Assembly (NCBI GenBank): GCA_021432655.1
Contig: MU271274.1
Coordinates: 62,001 to 110,687, forward strand
Source: Atractiella rhizophila
Lineage: Eukaryota
DNA length: 48,687 bases
Reading direction: 5' to 3'
The notes under the pieces were generated by a model. That model saw nothing but the letters and a program-made list of their open reading frames with translations. It had not been told where the DNA came from and did not search any database. Shown in pieces: positions 11,710-24,221 of the stretch. A program made the translations under genes and the position numbers. How positions within the stretch are numbered: position 1 is the stretch's first letter; the number at the start of each line of letters is the position of its first letter.

Positions 11710-13116
11710 CTCAATCCTCGCACTGACGATAGTCGTTGCGAGGGAGATTCTCAAGGGACGTAGGTTGCTTTGAGGCAAGGAGAGGGTCAGAGAAGGACAC
11801 TTTTATAAAGCGAACGTTGGATGACAGGCTGAGGGCGTTCGAAGCACGTTAACCAAGATCAGACCGGACTTCCCTTCAATATTTTCCAAAGAGCTGGGTG
11901 GTGAACAATAAGTCAATCAGATCTGCAGCGTCCAACCTAACTCAAATGGCTTCCATTTGTCAGGGCCCCAACCGAAAAACATCAGCAACTGCTTCTGCCA
12001 ATTCTGCCCTTCTCAGGCCTTCTCAGCACTTCTCCTGCATCATTAAGCGCTTCGGTTCGATTGGAAACACGATTGAGGTGTTTGATTGATCGAGGAGCAA
12101 ACATTGACGGGAGGGAGGAGATCACTACAATGATCCAGAGAAGCGGAACATTGACCTCGATAGAAAAACCCCAAACCCAATCTCCTCAATCTCGTGAACC
12201 TCATCTGATATTTTGAAATCCCTATCGAGTCCAGATCTTTCCAGAGGCGTGGAAAACGAGGTGCTCGTGGGTCTTGGAGGAAGAGGAGGACCGACCATTG
12301 CTTTGATTAGCCTGTGGCCATGCGATGGAGCGTTTCGAAAATACCTCGCGCCTTCGGAGAGGAGGATACCCATCCCTAATGCACGCGATAAGCGTGTCTG
12401 ACCTCTTCAAATGAGAGATGGATGCAGACTCACCAAATGCGGAAAGGAAGGCACCAAGAATGAAAGGGCAGGTGCTATCGAATAACAAGGCAGAGGGAAT
12501 AGTGGCAGAACAAGGCTCTGCCGAATGCTGGATTTGGTTCATGGCAAGATTGAGGGAGTCCATCTCAATCCTCGCACTGACGATGGTCGTTGCGAGGGAG
12601 ATTCTTTTGAGGCAAGGAGAGGGTCAGAGAAGGACACTTTTATAAAGCGAACGTTGGATGACAGGCTGAGGGCGTTCGAAGCACGTTAACCAAGATCAGA
12701 CCGGACTTCCCTTCATATCTTCCAAAGAGCTGGGTGGTGAACAATAAGTCAATCAGATCTGCAGCGTCCAACCTAACTCAAATGGCTTCCATTTGTCAGG
12801 GCCCCAACCGAAAAACATCAGCAACTGCTTCTGCCAATTCTGCCCTTCTCAGGCCTTCTCAGCACTTCTCCTGCATCATTAAGCGCTTCGGTTCGATTGG
12901 AAACACGATTGAGGTGTTTGATTGATCGAGGAGCAAACATTGACGGGAGGGAGGAGATCACTACAATGATCCAGAGAAGCGGAACATTGACCTCGATAGA
13001 AAAACCCCAAACCCAATCTCCTCAATCTCGTGAACCTCATCTGATATTTTGAAATCCCTATCGAGTCCAGATCTTTCCAGAGGCGTGGAAAACGAGGTGC
13101 TCGTGGGTCTTGGAGG
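11428..13116. repeat. Tandem near-identical duplication (11428-12280 and 12282-13116) of the promoter and 5' end of the DUF6534-like gene
   Basis: The copies align throughout, with a few SNPs and an indel of about 17 bp near 11750. A single A at 12281 separates them. Confidence 0.95.
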
Positions 13117-14300
13117 CAGCTTGAACCTCGCTTCACGTCAACAATTGATCCATCCAGCTTCTTCGCCTGACGATTGACGGCTTTTATTGAAATCACAGAT
13201 CTCTTGAGTTTGAACAAATTTGAATGTATGAATGTCGCGATGCTTCAGCGGAGCTTTGTGGTTTTCAAAATGAAAACTTGCAGGTGAACAAAAGCCGACG
13301 ACCCAAACGGGAAGGGTTCTAAGAGGACTCCAGAAGAAGCACAAATTGGGCGCTTATCGATGCTCAGCGCTTCCAACGGGAAGTAGGTTGTCTGAGGAGT
13401 CGCCCCACTGTCACTTCTCTTGTGAACAGGAGAAGGACTAGTTTGACGATGAAAATGAATCCAAAGGAGTCATTATGCACAGGAATTTCGACAGGATCCA
13501 CAAACTGAGTAATATTTTGCGATAACACAGCTTTTAGCGTGGTTCAAACAAAGAAGCCACAGATCGGAAGGCTGAAAAGAAGTCAACTGGGCGACGCTTG
13601 AAGCACGCCAGAAACGCGATGTCTCAGATTCATCGGCCACAACTCTTTGAGGAATATCCACGCGCCAACGTCATGGCAGACCACGCGACGGTGCTTTACG
13701 CAAACGAGACGATGAAAAGAAACTGGCAGGCGCGATGGCTCAAGGGGCTTGTTCTCGACACCTTCCATCCACACAGTTGCTAAGTTTGCTAAGATAATTA
13801 GACCCCCAAGCGTTGCGGTTTTCAGCCCAGCGTATAAACGAGCAACCGGGCCTGCGTTTGCACGGGCACTCGAGTACTCGCGAGTTCATAAGCACGCCTC
13901 TTGGACTTGTTCTCCTCTGGCGAATTCACCACCCTTGAGACAAGAAAAGTGAGCAGTGAGCCTCTTCCCTTTGTCCCGCCAACTTGAGCCTTTTTTTGGA
14001 AGGACGTTGCACAGCTAGAGCTTTGAGATGATCAGATCCATCCGCGCTTAATATTCAGGGATCTTTTGTTGAATGATTGCGTGTCTCAGAGCGGGTGGAG
14101 AGCCTGAGAATGCAGCCGTCCGATTGTCGGGGCTTGTTACGATCTTACTGGCGTGACCACTCCAAGTGCAAAGACCCAGAGCTTCCTCTTTGGTGTTATC
14201 TAACGGTCAAAGACATATGCTCCAAATTGATCTCTCCTCCGCGAAGGACAATGAACGGGCCGCTGACAGTTTGTGGAACAGAAGACATAGATCACACACC

Positions 14301-16052
14301 ATGTCGTGGAACAACTATCCAGGCAACAAGCCGTGGCAGCAGCCTCAATCCTCCCCATACCCTCCACCCAACGCCTCTCCGTACCCACCTCCAAACGCCT
14401 CTCCATATCCTCCTCCAAACTCGTCACCCTACCCTCCTCCGGGAGGTCCATCCTTCCCATCTCCCAATGCATCACCCTATCCGCCTCCCAACCAACCACC
14501 CCAGTCTCGGGACTACAACAGCGGGTATAATACGTCGTACAATGCTCCTCCCATGCCTCCTCCCAACTCCCGACCCGGCGGTGGAGGAGGCGGATACAAC
14601 CAGTACCAACCTCCCTCCGCCCCTCCTCGCCTCGACGATTACCGACCATATCCCTCTTCGGTGTACACTCCTCCTCCCGGCCCTCCAGCAGCACATCACT
14701 ATGGAGCCCCTCCCGGTCCCCCTCCCCCAGGATCAATGATGCCTCCGAACTTTGGACAGGTGCATTATCAGCCTCAGAACGAGGCGAACCAGTGGTGGAA
14801 GTACTCGGATTGTTCGGGGAGAAAGAAGGCCTTGTGCATCGGGATCAATTATGTTGGCTCGAGGGCGGAGCTCAAAGGGTGTTGGAATGACGCAGAAAAC
14901 GTCAGGAGGTTCTTGATGGAGAGATACGGATATCAGTCTAGCGATTTCGTCATGCTTATGGATAAACCGGGGATGGGTTGGAAGGAACAGCCGACGAAAG
15001 AGAATATGATCAATGCTATGAGGTCCATTTTTCCTCATCTACAACCGCAGGCTGATGGATCAATAATCGTAGATGGCTTGTATCGAACGCCCAGCCTAAC
15101 GATTCTTTGTTTTTCCATTTCTCGTGCGTCCACGCTAGATAAAAATGGTGTCGGCTCACTTGTATGGACTAGCGGACATGGAGGACAAGCAAAGGACAAA
15201 CATGGTGACGAAGAAGACGGTCAGTCTCCACCTTCATTTAGTTTGAGAGAGCAGTTAGCTAATGTAACTCTTTGGGAAGGGTACGATGAGACCATCTACC
15301 CGCTTGACTTTGAAAATGCCGGACACATCGTCGACGACGAACTGCACAATCTGTTGGTACGCCCACTCCCGGCGGGCTGCCGTCTGACAGCGTAAGCGGT
15401 TCCCTCCATCCCTTCCAACGCACTTAGCGGAGCATGAGATTGACATGATATTGGCGGATGATCAGAATCTTCGACTGCTGTCACTCCGGATCAGCTCTCG
15501 ATTTGCCGTACATGTACTCGACTGAAGGAAAGATCAAAGAACCCAACCTCCTCGCCGATGCCGGACAGGGAGCGATGACGGCGGTCACGAGTTATTTGAG
15601 GGGAGACATGAAGGGAGTCTTCTCCAGCGTGAGCAATGTCGGTAAATCACTCATCGGCGGTGGTGGAAAGGGCGCTGCGGAGAGGACGAAGAAAAATAAC
15701 ACTTCTGCCGCTGATGTAAGGCTTGCTTCTCTTTCTGATAAGGTGGGCTGAAGAAGGGATACCTAAGGTCATCATGTGGAGTGGATGTAAGGATACTCAA
15801 ACGAGTGCAGATACTTCTGAAGGCGGTCAAGCCACAGGAGCTATGAGGTCCGTCTCGCTTTTCGCAGCAGTTAAGAGAGCTGAAACGAGGTCGTGTAGCT
15901 ACGCCTTCATTTCCAGTTTGACAAAAATGCCGCAGCAAAGTTACAAGCAAATGTTGAACACTATCAGAGACGAATTGCAGGGAAGATATAGTCAGAAGCC
16001 TCAACTTTCCGCCAGTCACCCCATCGATACCAACCTCTTGTTCATCATCTAG
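14301..16052 (+). CDS. MCA1: Type I metacaspase with P/Y/Q-rich prodomain
   Basis: [23 protein letters not shown], catalytic SGHGGQ and [50 protein letters not shown]; prodomain SPYPPPNA repeats. Confidence 0.97.
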
Positions 16053-16329
16053 TCAAAAACAATGCTGGATTCGAGCCTTATCTGGGTATGGTTTGGAGTG
16101 TGCGAATGTCACCTGTGACTGAATATTCGGAGAATGACTGATCTGTTTGTATCATCAATGAAATAAATAGAAGTCGATTGATTGTACTCTGATTGTTGAC
16201 CGTCTTGCAAACGCTAAATTAGTCCGATACATTCAGCCACGACAGATACCTGAATTACTGAGAAGGTTCACAAAGGATCGCCATGGTATGTGGGAAACCG
16301 GAAGAAATCGTAGGGAGGGAGATAAGCGA

Positions 16330-18656
16330 TCACGTGGAATCGCAATGGTATAAAGCAAAGAGCATGACAAAGGGAGCAGCAGCCTTTCTCAGAGTTTGGG
16401 TTTGACCTGTGACTGTAATCTTCACTGGCGAGCGCGAACGAGGTATGAAAGGAAGACGTACGGCGATTTGTTCACGGGGTGGTAGGTGCTTCGGTCTGTT
16501 CTTCGAGAACGATGGGTAGACCCAACTGTTCATCAAGTTGAACTGACCCTCCGAGTAAGGATGGTATCTCCCCCCTGCAATGTAGTCGTAGAATTTCGGA
16601 ACAGAGAGGTAGGAACGCTCGTAACAGAAGGTCGTGAAAGACCTGCGAAACAAGACTCGACCACCTTTCTAAGAGGCACAAAAGAAATGCTCACGCTTTG
16701 CCATGATAGTTCCCTTGTCCTGAAGGCCCAACTCCTCCGAAGGGCAGCCCAGGGACACCAAACTGCAACATGCAATCGTTCTGCAAGCAATTTCAGTTCT
16801 CTCCATGGAAGAGAAAGGTTTGCCGACTCACATGGACTATCTGACCAGAACGTGTCCAATGCTGTATATATTCGACGTTCTTCTTGTCGCTCGTGAAGAC
16901 GTAGAGCGCCAAAGGATGCCCTCCTGAATTGATATGCTCCACCATCTCCTCCTTTGAGTTGATGGTCAGTATGGGCAAGAGTGGTCCAAAGATTTCTTCC
17001 TGCAATTTCTTCAGTGTCCAACCATGTCACAGTAAGGGGACACGAACGCTCATAAGCGAATCATCCTTCTTGACATCAGAAACAACTGTAAAGCCCATCC
17101 TAAGGTTGTCTCCTCCAACTGTCCCTCCGATCTGGACTTTCCCGCTCGTATTCTCCAGCAATTTGCTGAGGCGGCCAAAGTTCCTGTCATTGATGATCTT
17201 AGGATACTCGGCTGATTTGAGTGCTTCGCCATCTTCTTTGGGATACATTTCTTTGAGGGTCTTCTTCATCGCTTCGATGAGACGTGGCTGCACGGAAGCA
17301 GGGCACAGGATGTAGTCCGGCGCAATGCAGCTCTAAATGCACACAAGTTGTCAACGATCGACGAAACTCTGACATCGAAGTTTCGAACCTGGCCAGTGTT
17401 AAGGTGTTTACCAAACAGCAGACGTTTGGCTGTCAAATCAACATCACAATCCTCGAAGACACACTGATCGGAGCGAAGAAACGTTAGAGGCGTGTACGGT
17501 CAAACCAAGTCAGACGCACAACTGGGCTCTTGCCACCAAGCTCAAGGGTTACGGCTAACAGGCTTTATGAGAACTCATGTCATGAAATAATAAAAGACGT
17601 ACGAGACATATATTTCGCTGCAGTTTTTGCGATAATTCTACCAACGGTAGTGCTCCCTACATTTGTTGGCTTCTGAACTGCTTATGCTTGAGCCAAAAGG
17701 TAAGCGTACCAGTGAAGAAAACATGATCCCACGGTCTATCTGTCAATGCCGTTGTCTCTTGGATGCCGCCGTTAACGAGCTTGTAGCACGACTGATGCGA
17801 TCCATCTTTCAGTTAGCTGGATCATGTCGTGAGAGGACAGAACGAACAGAATCAAGGTATTTGGGCAAAAGTTCAGCGAGAAGTTCAGCCGAATGAGTCG
17901 CCAATTCGCTGGGTTTGATAATAGCTAAGAAAAAGCTCCAAAGTCAGCAAAGGCATTAATGTACCACTCTAGAGACCTACCAGTGCATCCAGCGGCAATT
18001 GCTCCGAATAAGGGGGGTAGCAGCAAGCCTAAGGTGATATCAGACAATGATGAAGTAAGTGTTTATTTCGGCGCACTGAACGGGTCTACGAGCAGGGTCA
18101 ACTAATATTCTTGAAAGAAGGGGAAATTTACAATTCCAAGCGCCGATGATGACCACGGCACCTATTTACAGGTAAGCAGGCGACGGGGGAGTTACAATGA
18201 GATACCTTTTGGTTCGTGGTAGGTCATGGGACTGGCGAACTTCCAGATAAATTCGGTGTCAGCTTTGACGGGCTGGATCCACTTGGGGAGATTTCTAATC
18301 AAGCTGTGGACGTCTTCTTTCATGGCCCAGATTTCGCTTAAGTATGCTTCCATTTTCGGCTTTCCCAAATCCTTCAAAAGGGCGTCTGCAATTGCGTCCT
18401 GATTTTCCTCAATCATGAAGCCACAGCATCGTAGTTGCTAGAAAAGCACCATTAGTTTGCGTTGTGCAAACCAGAATCCATGCAAACCTCAAGTCGAAAG
18501 CTCAAATCCTTCGTCTTTCCGGTCATGAATGTCTTCCTGACCTCCTCCACCATCTTGTCCAACGAAATAAGTTATAATCAAGTGGAAAGAAGCGAAAGAA
18601 CTTACACCATCGATATGGTCAACAGGAGTATATTGAAGTTGATGTTCAGCCACCAT
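16330..18656 (-). CDS. Aldehyde dehydrogenase family 3 (Hfd1/ALDH3A2-like fatty aldehyde dehydrogenase)
   Basis: KDLGKPKMEAY, EPKG, IIGAWN, KPSELATHSA, TLELGGKSP, CIAPDYILC, EEIFGPLLPI, PFGGVGPSGQG, and a hydrophobic C-terminal tail. The exact last exon is uncertain. Confidence 0.9.
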
Positions 18657-21216
18657 TCTGACGCGCGTTCTGCAGCCAATGTCAGCATAAGTTTTGGAGG
18701 ACCGGTCTTATAGGAGAGGCGGGGACCATAACTTCGGCCAAGCCAAACTTCCCCGACGAGAGTAGTTGATGGGATAAATATCTCCTTTCATATCATGTTC
18801 TCGCGGGAAAGGTAACGACGATCATACAGCGCGCGAAGACGGTAAAGGTGACCCGGCAAAGGTAGTTGAATTCCGGGCGCGTGCTGGAAAATTTTGTGCG
18901 AAGTGACGAGGTTGCCAGTTCATTCGTCGAAAGAGGGATTACAGCTTGAACCGGCGGATATCGTGATGCACTCTAAACTCTAGAGGAAGACCTCGCACGC
19001 TTTAAGCACAAAAAAGAGGCAGCATATATTCCCCTTTTTTCTACTTCACAAGTTGCAAGAATGCCGTTTGGATACAGGGCAGGCATGCATGGGATTTCGA
19101 AAGCGACGACAATGCTTTCCAAACGGACATGACATGCAAATAGTCGCCGGTACACAAGAGTTAAAGGACTCACCAATAGTAATAAACACCAATAAACCTG
19201 CTACTATAGTGACCTTCCCTCCTTGTGGAGTTGCTTGGTTGTTTTGCAAGTCGCCAGATGTTGAGAGAAGTTGACGTTTCGGCTACACTTGATTCCCGTT
19301 TCCGGTGACCGATATTTTCAAATTCAAACAAGGGCAACGCGTCTTTGCATTGTTTTTATCTTTGTGCCTCAAATCCATCACCTCGATTCACACGAATACA
19401 CTAATGAGCTTGTGGAACTATTTTTGGCTCTGTCATTTGTCAGCTTGTTCACCGTTGAATTGGAAAACAACGATTAAGGGTCAATAGACGAGCATCTTCC
19501 CTTGCGTTCGTCCATACACTGGTAATGTGACAGGGTATGCATACAAACGGCTTTATTGTGCATATCCAGTTGGGTGCAGTCTTGCTTATTTGAGTCCTTA
19601 GCTATCCTATTGACAGTTCCTTCGGAGACAACTGCTGCATCGCTGAATCCTGACTTTCACTCAGCCCTTCGAATATTTCTGTTTCAAGCGTTGCTCAGAC
19701 GATGTTGGTTCAGATTTCTTCGGTCATTTAATATTGAATATTGAACGCCTGAGCTAGTCAATACAATGTAGTGACATTCTCGGTACGCTTCTCGTTGTGA
19801 ATAATGGGGGCTCAAGACCTTGATTTCTGAGAGGCTACGATAATTCATGGACCTCAGATCAACCAGTCATCGCGGATCTGGAAGGAGCTGCAGGTCTGAT
19901 GCCTACATGCATGAGTATTTTTGACGACCTGTACCTGCTAACAAAATTAATCAAGGCATGCCACCGTTTGAAGTCCACGTTCAGCCTTCTGCACATTCCA
20001 AGCAAGAGCTTTCAGTAGGGACACAAAATACTTCTCACGTTCGAACGTTCGACATGCAACGTCGGTTTTCTCGACTTCAAGCTACTTACTACGCTAGCGC
20101 TAGGACAGTTAGCACATTGCGCAACTGTGCATTTCATGGCACAAGTCACATTTCTCACCTTCCTCATCGTGCATTGCCATTGCATTTGTAGGTACAGGAG
20201 CTTGGCTAGCTAGTTGCACTCCAAGAGCTGTTCCTGATCGCTCCACAATTCATTTGATCTGTCCCTCCAAGCTCCAAGCTTTGGTGAGATTTGCTGGAAT
20301 TCCATCTCGCTCTTGCATTCCTCTTCCGGACTTTGTTTCTCTTTGTTACTCGTCAGTGGTTCATTAAAGTCACTCGTTGGGAGTCGGACGTGATTGCAAC
20401 AGAGACGGGCAGGGATTTGTCCAAGATGTCAACCCGTTCAGAATCGCAAACAACCTGAACAATATTGAAACAGGTTTGTGGATCGGCCCTGATGAACAAG
20501 ATACTCCTTTGAAATGATGACGTGACGAGATAAGGATCGGATTGTTTTTGTTGTTCGTTGGCTCTGCTGCGTCCTGGCTGGAATATTGATGCCACCTTGT
20601 CACTGCAACGCGGAATTGGGATGACTTCATTTCACGCCGTCATAGTAGCAACAGTCAGCAATTATCTCAAACCCCGTTACGACACCAAGACTAGGAATTG
20701 GGGTGAAGGCGACGCAACGTGTCGAGTCTTATTCCTAGTCCTAGTCACGTTCCTTCGATGGTTCTCGACCTTTCTCCTTGTCCCACGGTGTATTGTTGAG
20801 CTTGAGCTGAGTCTTCGGCATGAGATCTCAAGAGGGTTAGGACGGGCATGAGCTTGGTCCCTCCTTTGCCTTGATTCGCTCGTTCCAATCCGTCCATTCT
20901 TTCCGATGGATGCAGGCGAATCACAGTTTACAACAGCCCCAAACTGAGCTTCCCAACCGGCGAAGGCGCGTTTTTTGGACATTCCTCACAATCCTTGCGT
21001 TCAGCTGACTGTCTCCGCAACGTTCTGAGGAAAATTGAGCACAAAGTCAGGCAAAATCAGCCAAAAGACGCGTCGATGGTGTGAGGATGGTGCGATGGAA
21101 CGTGAAGATGAACAAAAAGGCGGAGTTTAGCTGGATCTAGAGATCTACAAAAGGATGTCATTCAAATAATTCTCCGGACTTAATTAAACTTTTTATGAGC
21201 TGACTCTTCCCACCTC

Positions 21217-21223
21217 TATAAAA
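21217..21223 (+). promoter_or_regulatory. TATA box upstream of the Ecl1-like gene
   Basis: TATAAAA followed by a C-rich leader containing GTACGC/GTACCC donor-like sites, about 250 bp upstream of ATG 21470. Confidence 0.5.
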
Positions 21224-21469
21224 GACCACGACCCCTTAACGCCCTCCCCAACACACCACAGGTACGCCCTCTTCCGTAACCGTTTCACCGTCCAAGACGT
21301 TAATGCTGCCGCAATCTTAGATCAGAACCCACCACTTGCCCCGCGAAGGTACCCCTGCTTTATCTCAATTTCACCATTCTGCGGGACCACATAAAAGTCG
21401 CTTCCTCCACATCACCATCAACCTCCAGCCATCATTTGCACAACCCGACAGTAACTCTCTACCTACAGA

Positions 21470-23308
21470 ATGTCGCTCGATAACTGGTGTCTGCATTGCG
21501 AGATGAGCATGGAGTATGCATTTCCTTTGTTGGCCGTCGTGAACGAGCTGACCGTGCTTCGCGTTTCAGCTCAGATTCTGGCTCTGGTACCCTTTTCCTG
21601 TCCACTCAGTCAATGCCACAGTGCTCATGATGGCTGGTTAGCTTATTGCTCGGAAGATTGTCTGTCTGCAGCGACGTCGCTCAGTACGAATGAAGCGGAT
21701 GATTCAGGTCAATTCAACGACACAGGTGAGTTGTTTTCGCCTTTCTGCTCCATTGCATGGAATGGCAATGTGGATGGAGAGAAGAAATGGCTCTCAAGGC
21801 TCGAAAGAGGAATGTTGGATGTTCGGTCTTTCCCCACATCAAGATGCCTTGACCTCGTGTTCTGAGGAAAGCCATGAGATAGCATAGAGGGAATATCAGA
21901 GAGAGCCAGGCATTAGAGAATCTTGGTCCATGCTGCCCACTTGAGCTGGCTCGTCCACCTTGCGACCTGAAGACCTGAAGACCTCTGGTCTTGTTGACCG
22001 TAACCGCGAAGGTCATCTTTGGTGGAGCCTTCCCAACGGCCGACAGGAGCGCCGCTTAGTTACGCCGCTCGATTTCTCAGACCTTCTGTGGTAATGCGGT
22101 GAAAGCCGAAGTGTGCTTTCCCGTCTTTTTCCAGCTTACCCCATTGTGTTTTCCAATGATGCAAGCTTATCAGATCAAGCACCGAGGTCATTTACTGCTG
22201 CTCGGCCAAATCAACGGTTTTCCAGCTTGACCTGTCAAAAGTTTTCCAATATTCTCCGCCTTGCCTCTTTCATTTCAAGAACATCACTAACTGTGAACGC
22301 GTAGATTTGACCTCACTCAAGTCAGACCTGAATAACTTCGAAGTTTATCCCACATCATTCTATTCCTCCGGATCCACGAATTTCGGGAAGCATCCTCGCA
22401 GTTACTCCAACCGCCGTCGCTTTGCGTCGAAGCCTTCGGCCCTTCAGCAATTACAGGCGAACGATACCACGCTCGAGAATGCAACAGCAGCACCATCAAA
22501 GCCTCCGTCCACGAGTCTCACTTTTAGGAGTCTGGGTCGGAGTCGGAGTAGAATCAATCTCATGACTTTCAACGCTTCCAACAATCATTGGCACTCAGCT
22601 GCTAACGTCGAGGTCTCAACCGAAGGGCCACGAGACAGTCCCGTCGAAGAGAAGGTCATCAAGAGACCATCGAGCCCACTTGTTGTTCGACCGCAAGCTC
22701 CGAGTCCTCGACAGACGAGGAGGAGCAAGCTAGCGGCGTCGAGGAATATGGAATATGAAGACCGAACAGGAGGCTTCAAGTATTTCAATTGGGTCGAGAT
22801 CGACGAGGGTTTTGGGGACAAGGAAGAATCGGATTTGACCACCGAAGACTCTTCAGATGAAGACAAGGGACGCGTGCCTTCTTTCCCATTCAAGGAAGAC
22901 AGCTCCAAAGCTCATGTTCTCCCTTCCGGTCTCCCTTCCATGCGCACTCCTCGGTCGTCCATAAGCTCTCGTCCCGCTTTCTTGCGCAAGAATTCGTCCC
23001 ACAGCGGGGGCCAGCGAACTCCCACGCTTCGGTCCGAGGGCCTTCTGGGACAGAGGGTGTTGTCGCTGGAGGAATTGAAGATTAGCGTCCGTGAGATCGA
23101 GGAGGAGAGCGAGCAGAGCGAAGACGGAACGCGGGAGGTTGGAAGGAGTCCTCAGAGTTCGGATGGTGAAGAGGACGAGAGGAGGAGCAGGAGTAGGACG
23201 AGGGTGGACACGAACGAGCGGATCAAGAGGGTCCAGGAGAGGAGAGAGAGGACAAGGAGCGCGAGGAGGGAGGACGTTGAAGGCAGGGGAAGAAGGCGCG
23301 AGAGGTGA
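21470..23308 (+). CDS. Ecl1-like (life-span regulatory factor-type) Zn-motif protein with a long disordered tail
   Basis: N-terminal WCLHCE ... LAYCSEDC pattern (CxxC...YCSxxC), several short introns, and a 333-aa S/R/E-rich terminal exon. Confidence 0.6.
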
Positions 23309-24221
23309 ACGGATCGAATCTGGATCGCATGAACCGGGTCGCATAAACGACGACATCCGGATCCCTTCATCTCAGCATCAAATCATCAAATCATCCACAC
23401 TCATAACCCAGTAAAATATCCCTGCTATCTATTCCCGGATCAACCACAAAAAAATCAGAAAACCAGAACGTCGACAAACTACTCTTTCGAAAAACAATTT
23501 CCATCTCGTCATTTTCTTCGCATGACCCCTCCGTGCACGCATAACTGCATTTAAACTTGGTGTAATTTGATTCCCAAACCTCCAACTTCTCTTTACGTCT
23601 TCAACCTTCCATTTCGACAACCATACGTTCCTCACGTCGTTCATTCTCAATTTGGTTTTTCTGGTGGCGTTCTATTCCATTTCGATTTTCAACAAGTCCA
23701 AGCACACTTCAATCTTCTTCCTCAAAGGGCATTTTGATTGGCCTCCTGCAGTTCATTCGTCTTTCATTCTGTTCGCGCCTTGGTTGAATGCCTCAAAACA
23801 TGCTTCGCAAAGCCTCTTTCAGTCTTTGCGTCGATGATATGCTCCTTTTTTTGGTTCACCTTCCACTGAAAATACCTGCTTCTGCGTGTGTTCAAAATAT
23901 TGGTTTTAGTCACCTTGTTGTTTTGTCTGATAATCAAGAAAGAAAAATTGGTGCAATCAAAGAAGATCAAAGCAATTCCATTATGAACGAACTATTCAAT
24001 TGCAACGTGAACGTAGCCTGATATGTTAAGAGCCTGATAGATACGGAACACGATACAAGAACCAGTTGTGAAAGTTGTGACTTGATTGGGATTGTGCTGG
24101 GTGGAAAGCAGTGAGCAAAGAAATACTAAAATTGTCAAGATCGTCAAGGTCGTTACGGGGTACAGATTAGAGTCCATTGATTATTGTGTCGAAGGGAATC
24201 GTGAGAATCAAGGACAAGCAT

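Noticed and set aside
14025..14140. TPP riboswitch or C/D snoRNA in the MCA1 leader (CTGAGA, ATGATCA...CTGA)
   Set aside because: The remaining TPP core motifs are absent, box C is imperfect, and I cannot identify an rRNA guide.
2465..14495. CRISPR-like interpretation of short repeats (96-bp unit, KDx[11 protein letters not shown])
   Set aside because: Eukaryotic context, no unique spacers, no cas genes; these are coding or simple tandem repeats.
18800..21100. Short ORFs between ALDH and the Ecl1-like gene, including 20353-20982 minus
   Set aside because: No recognisable domain, and I could not build a consistent spliced model; possibly a decayed gene.
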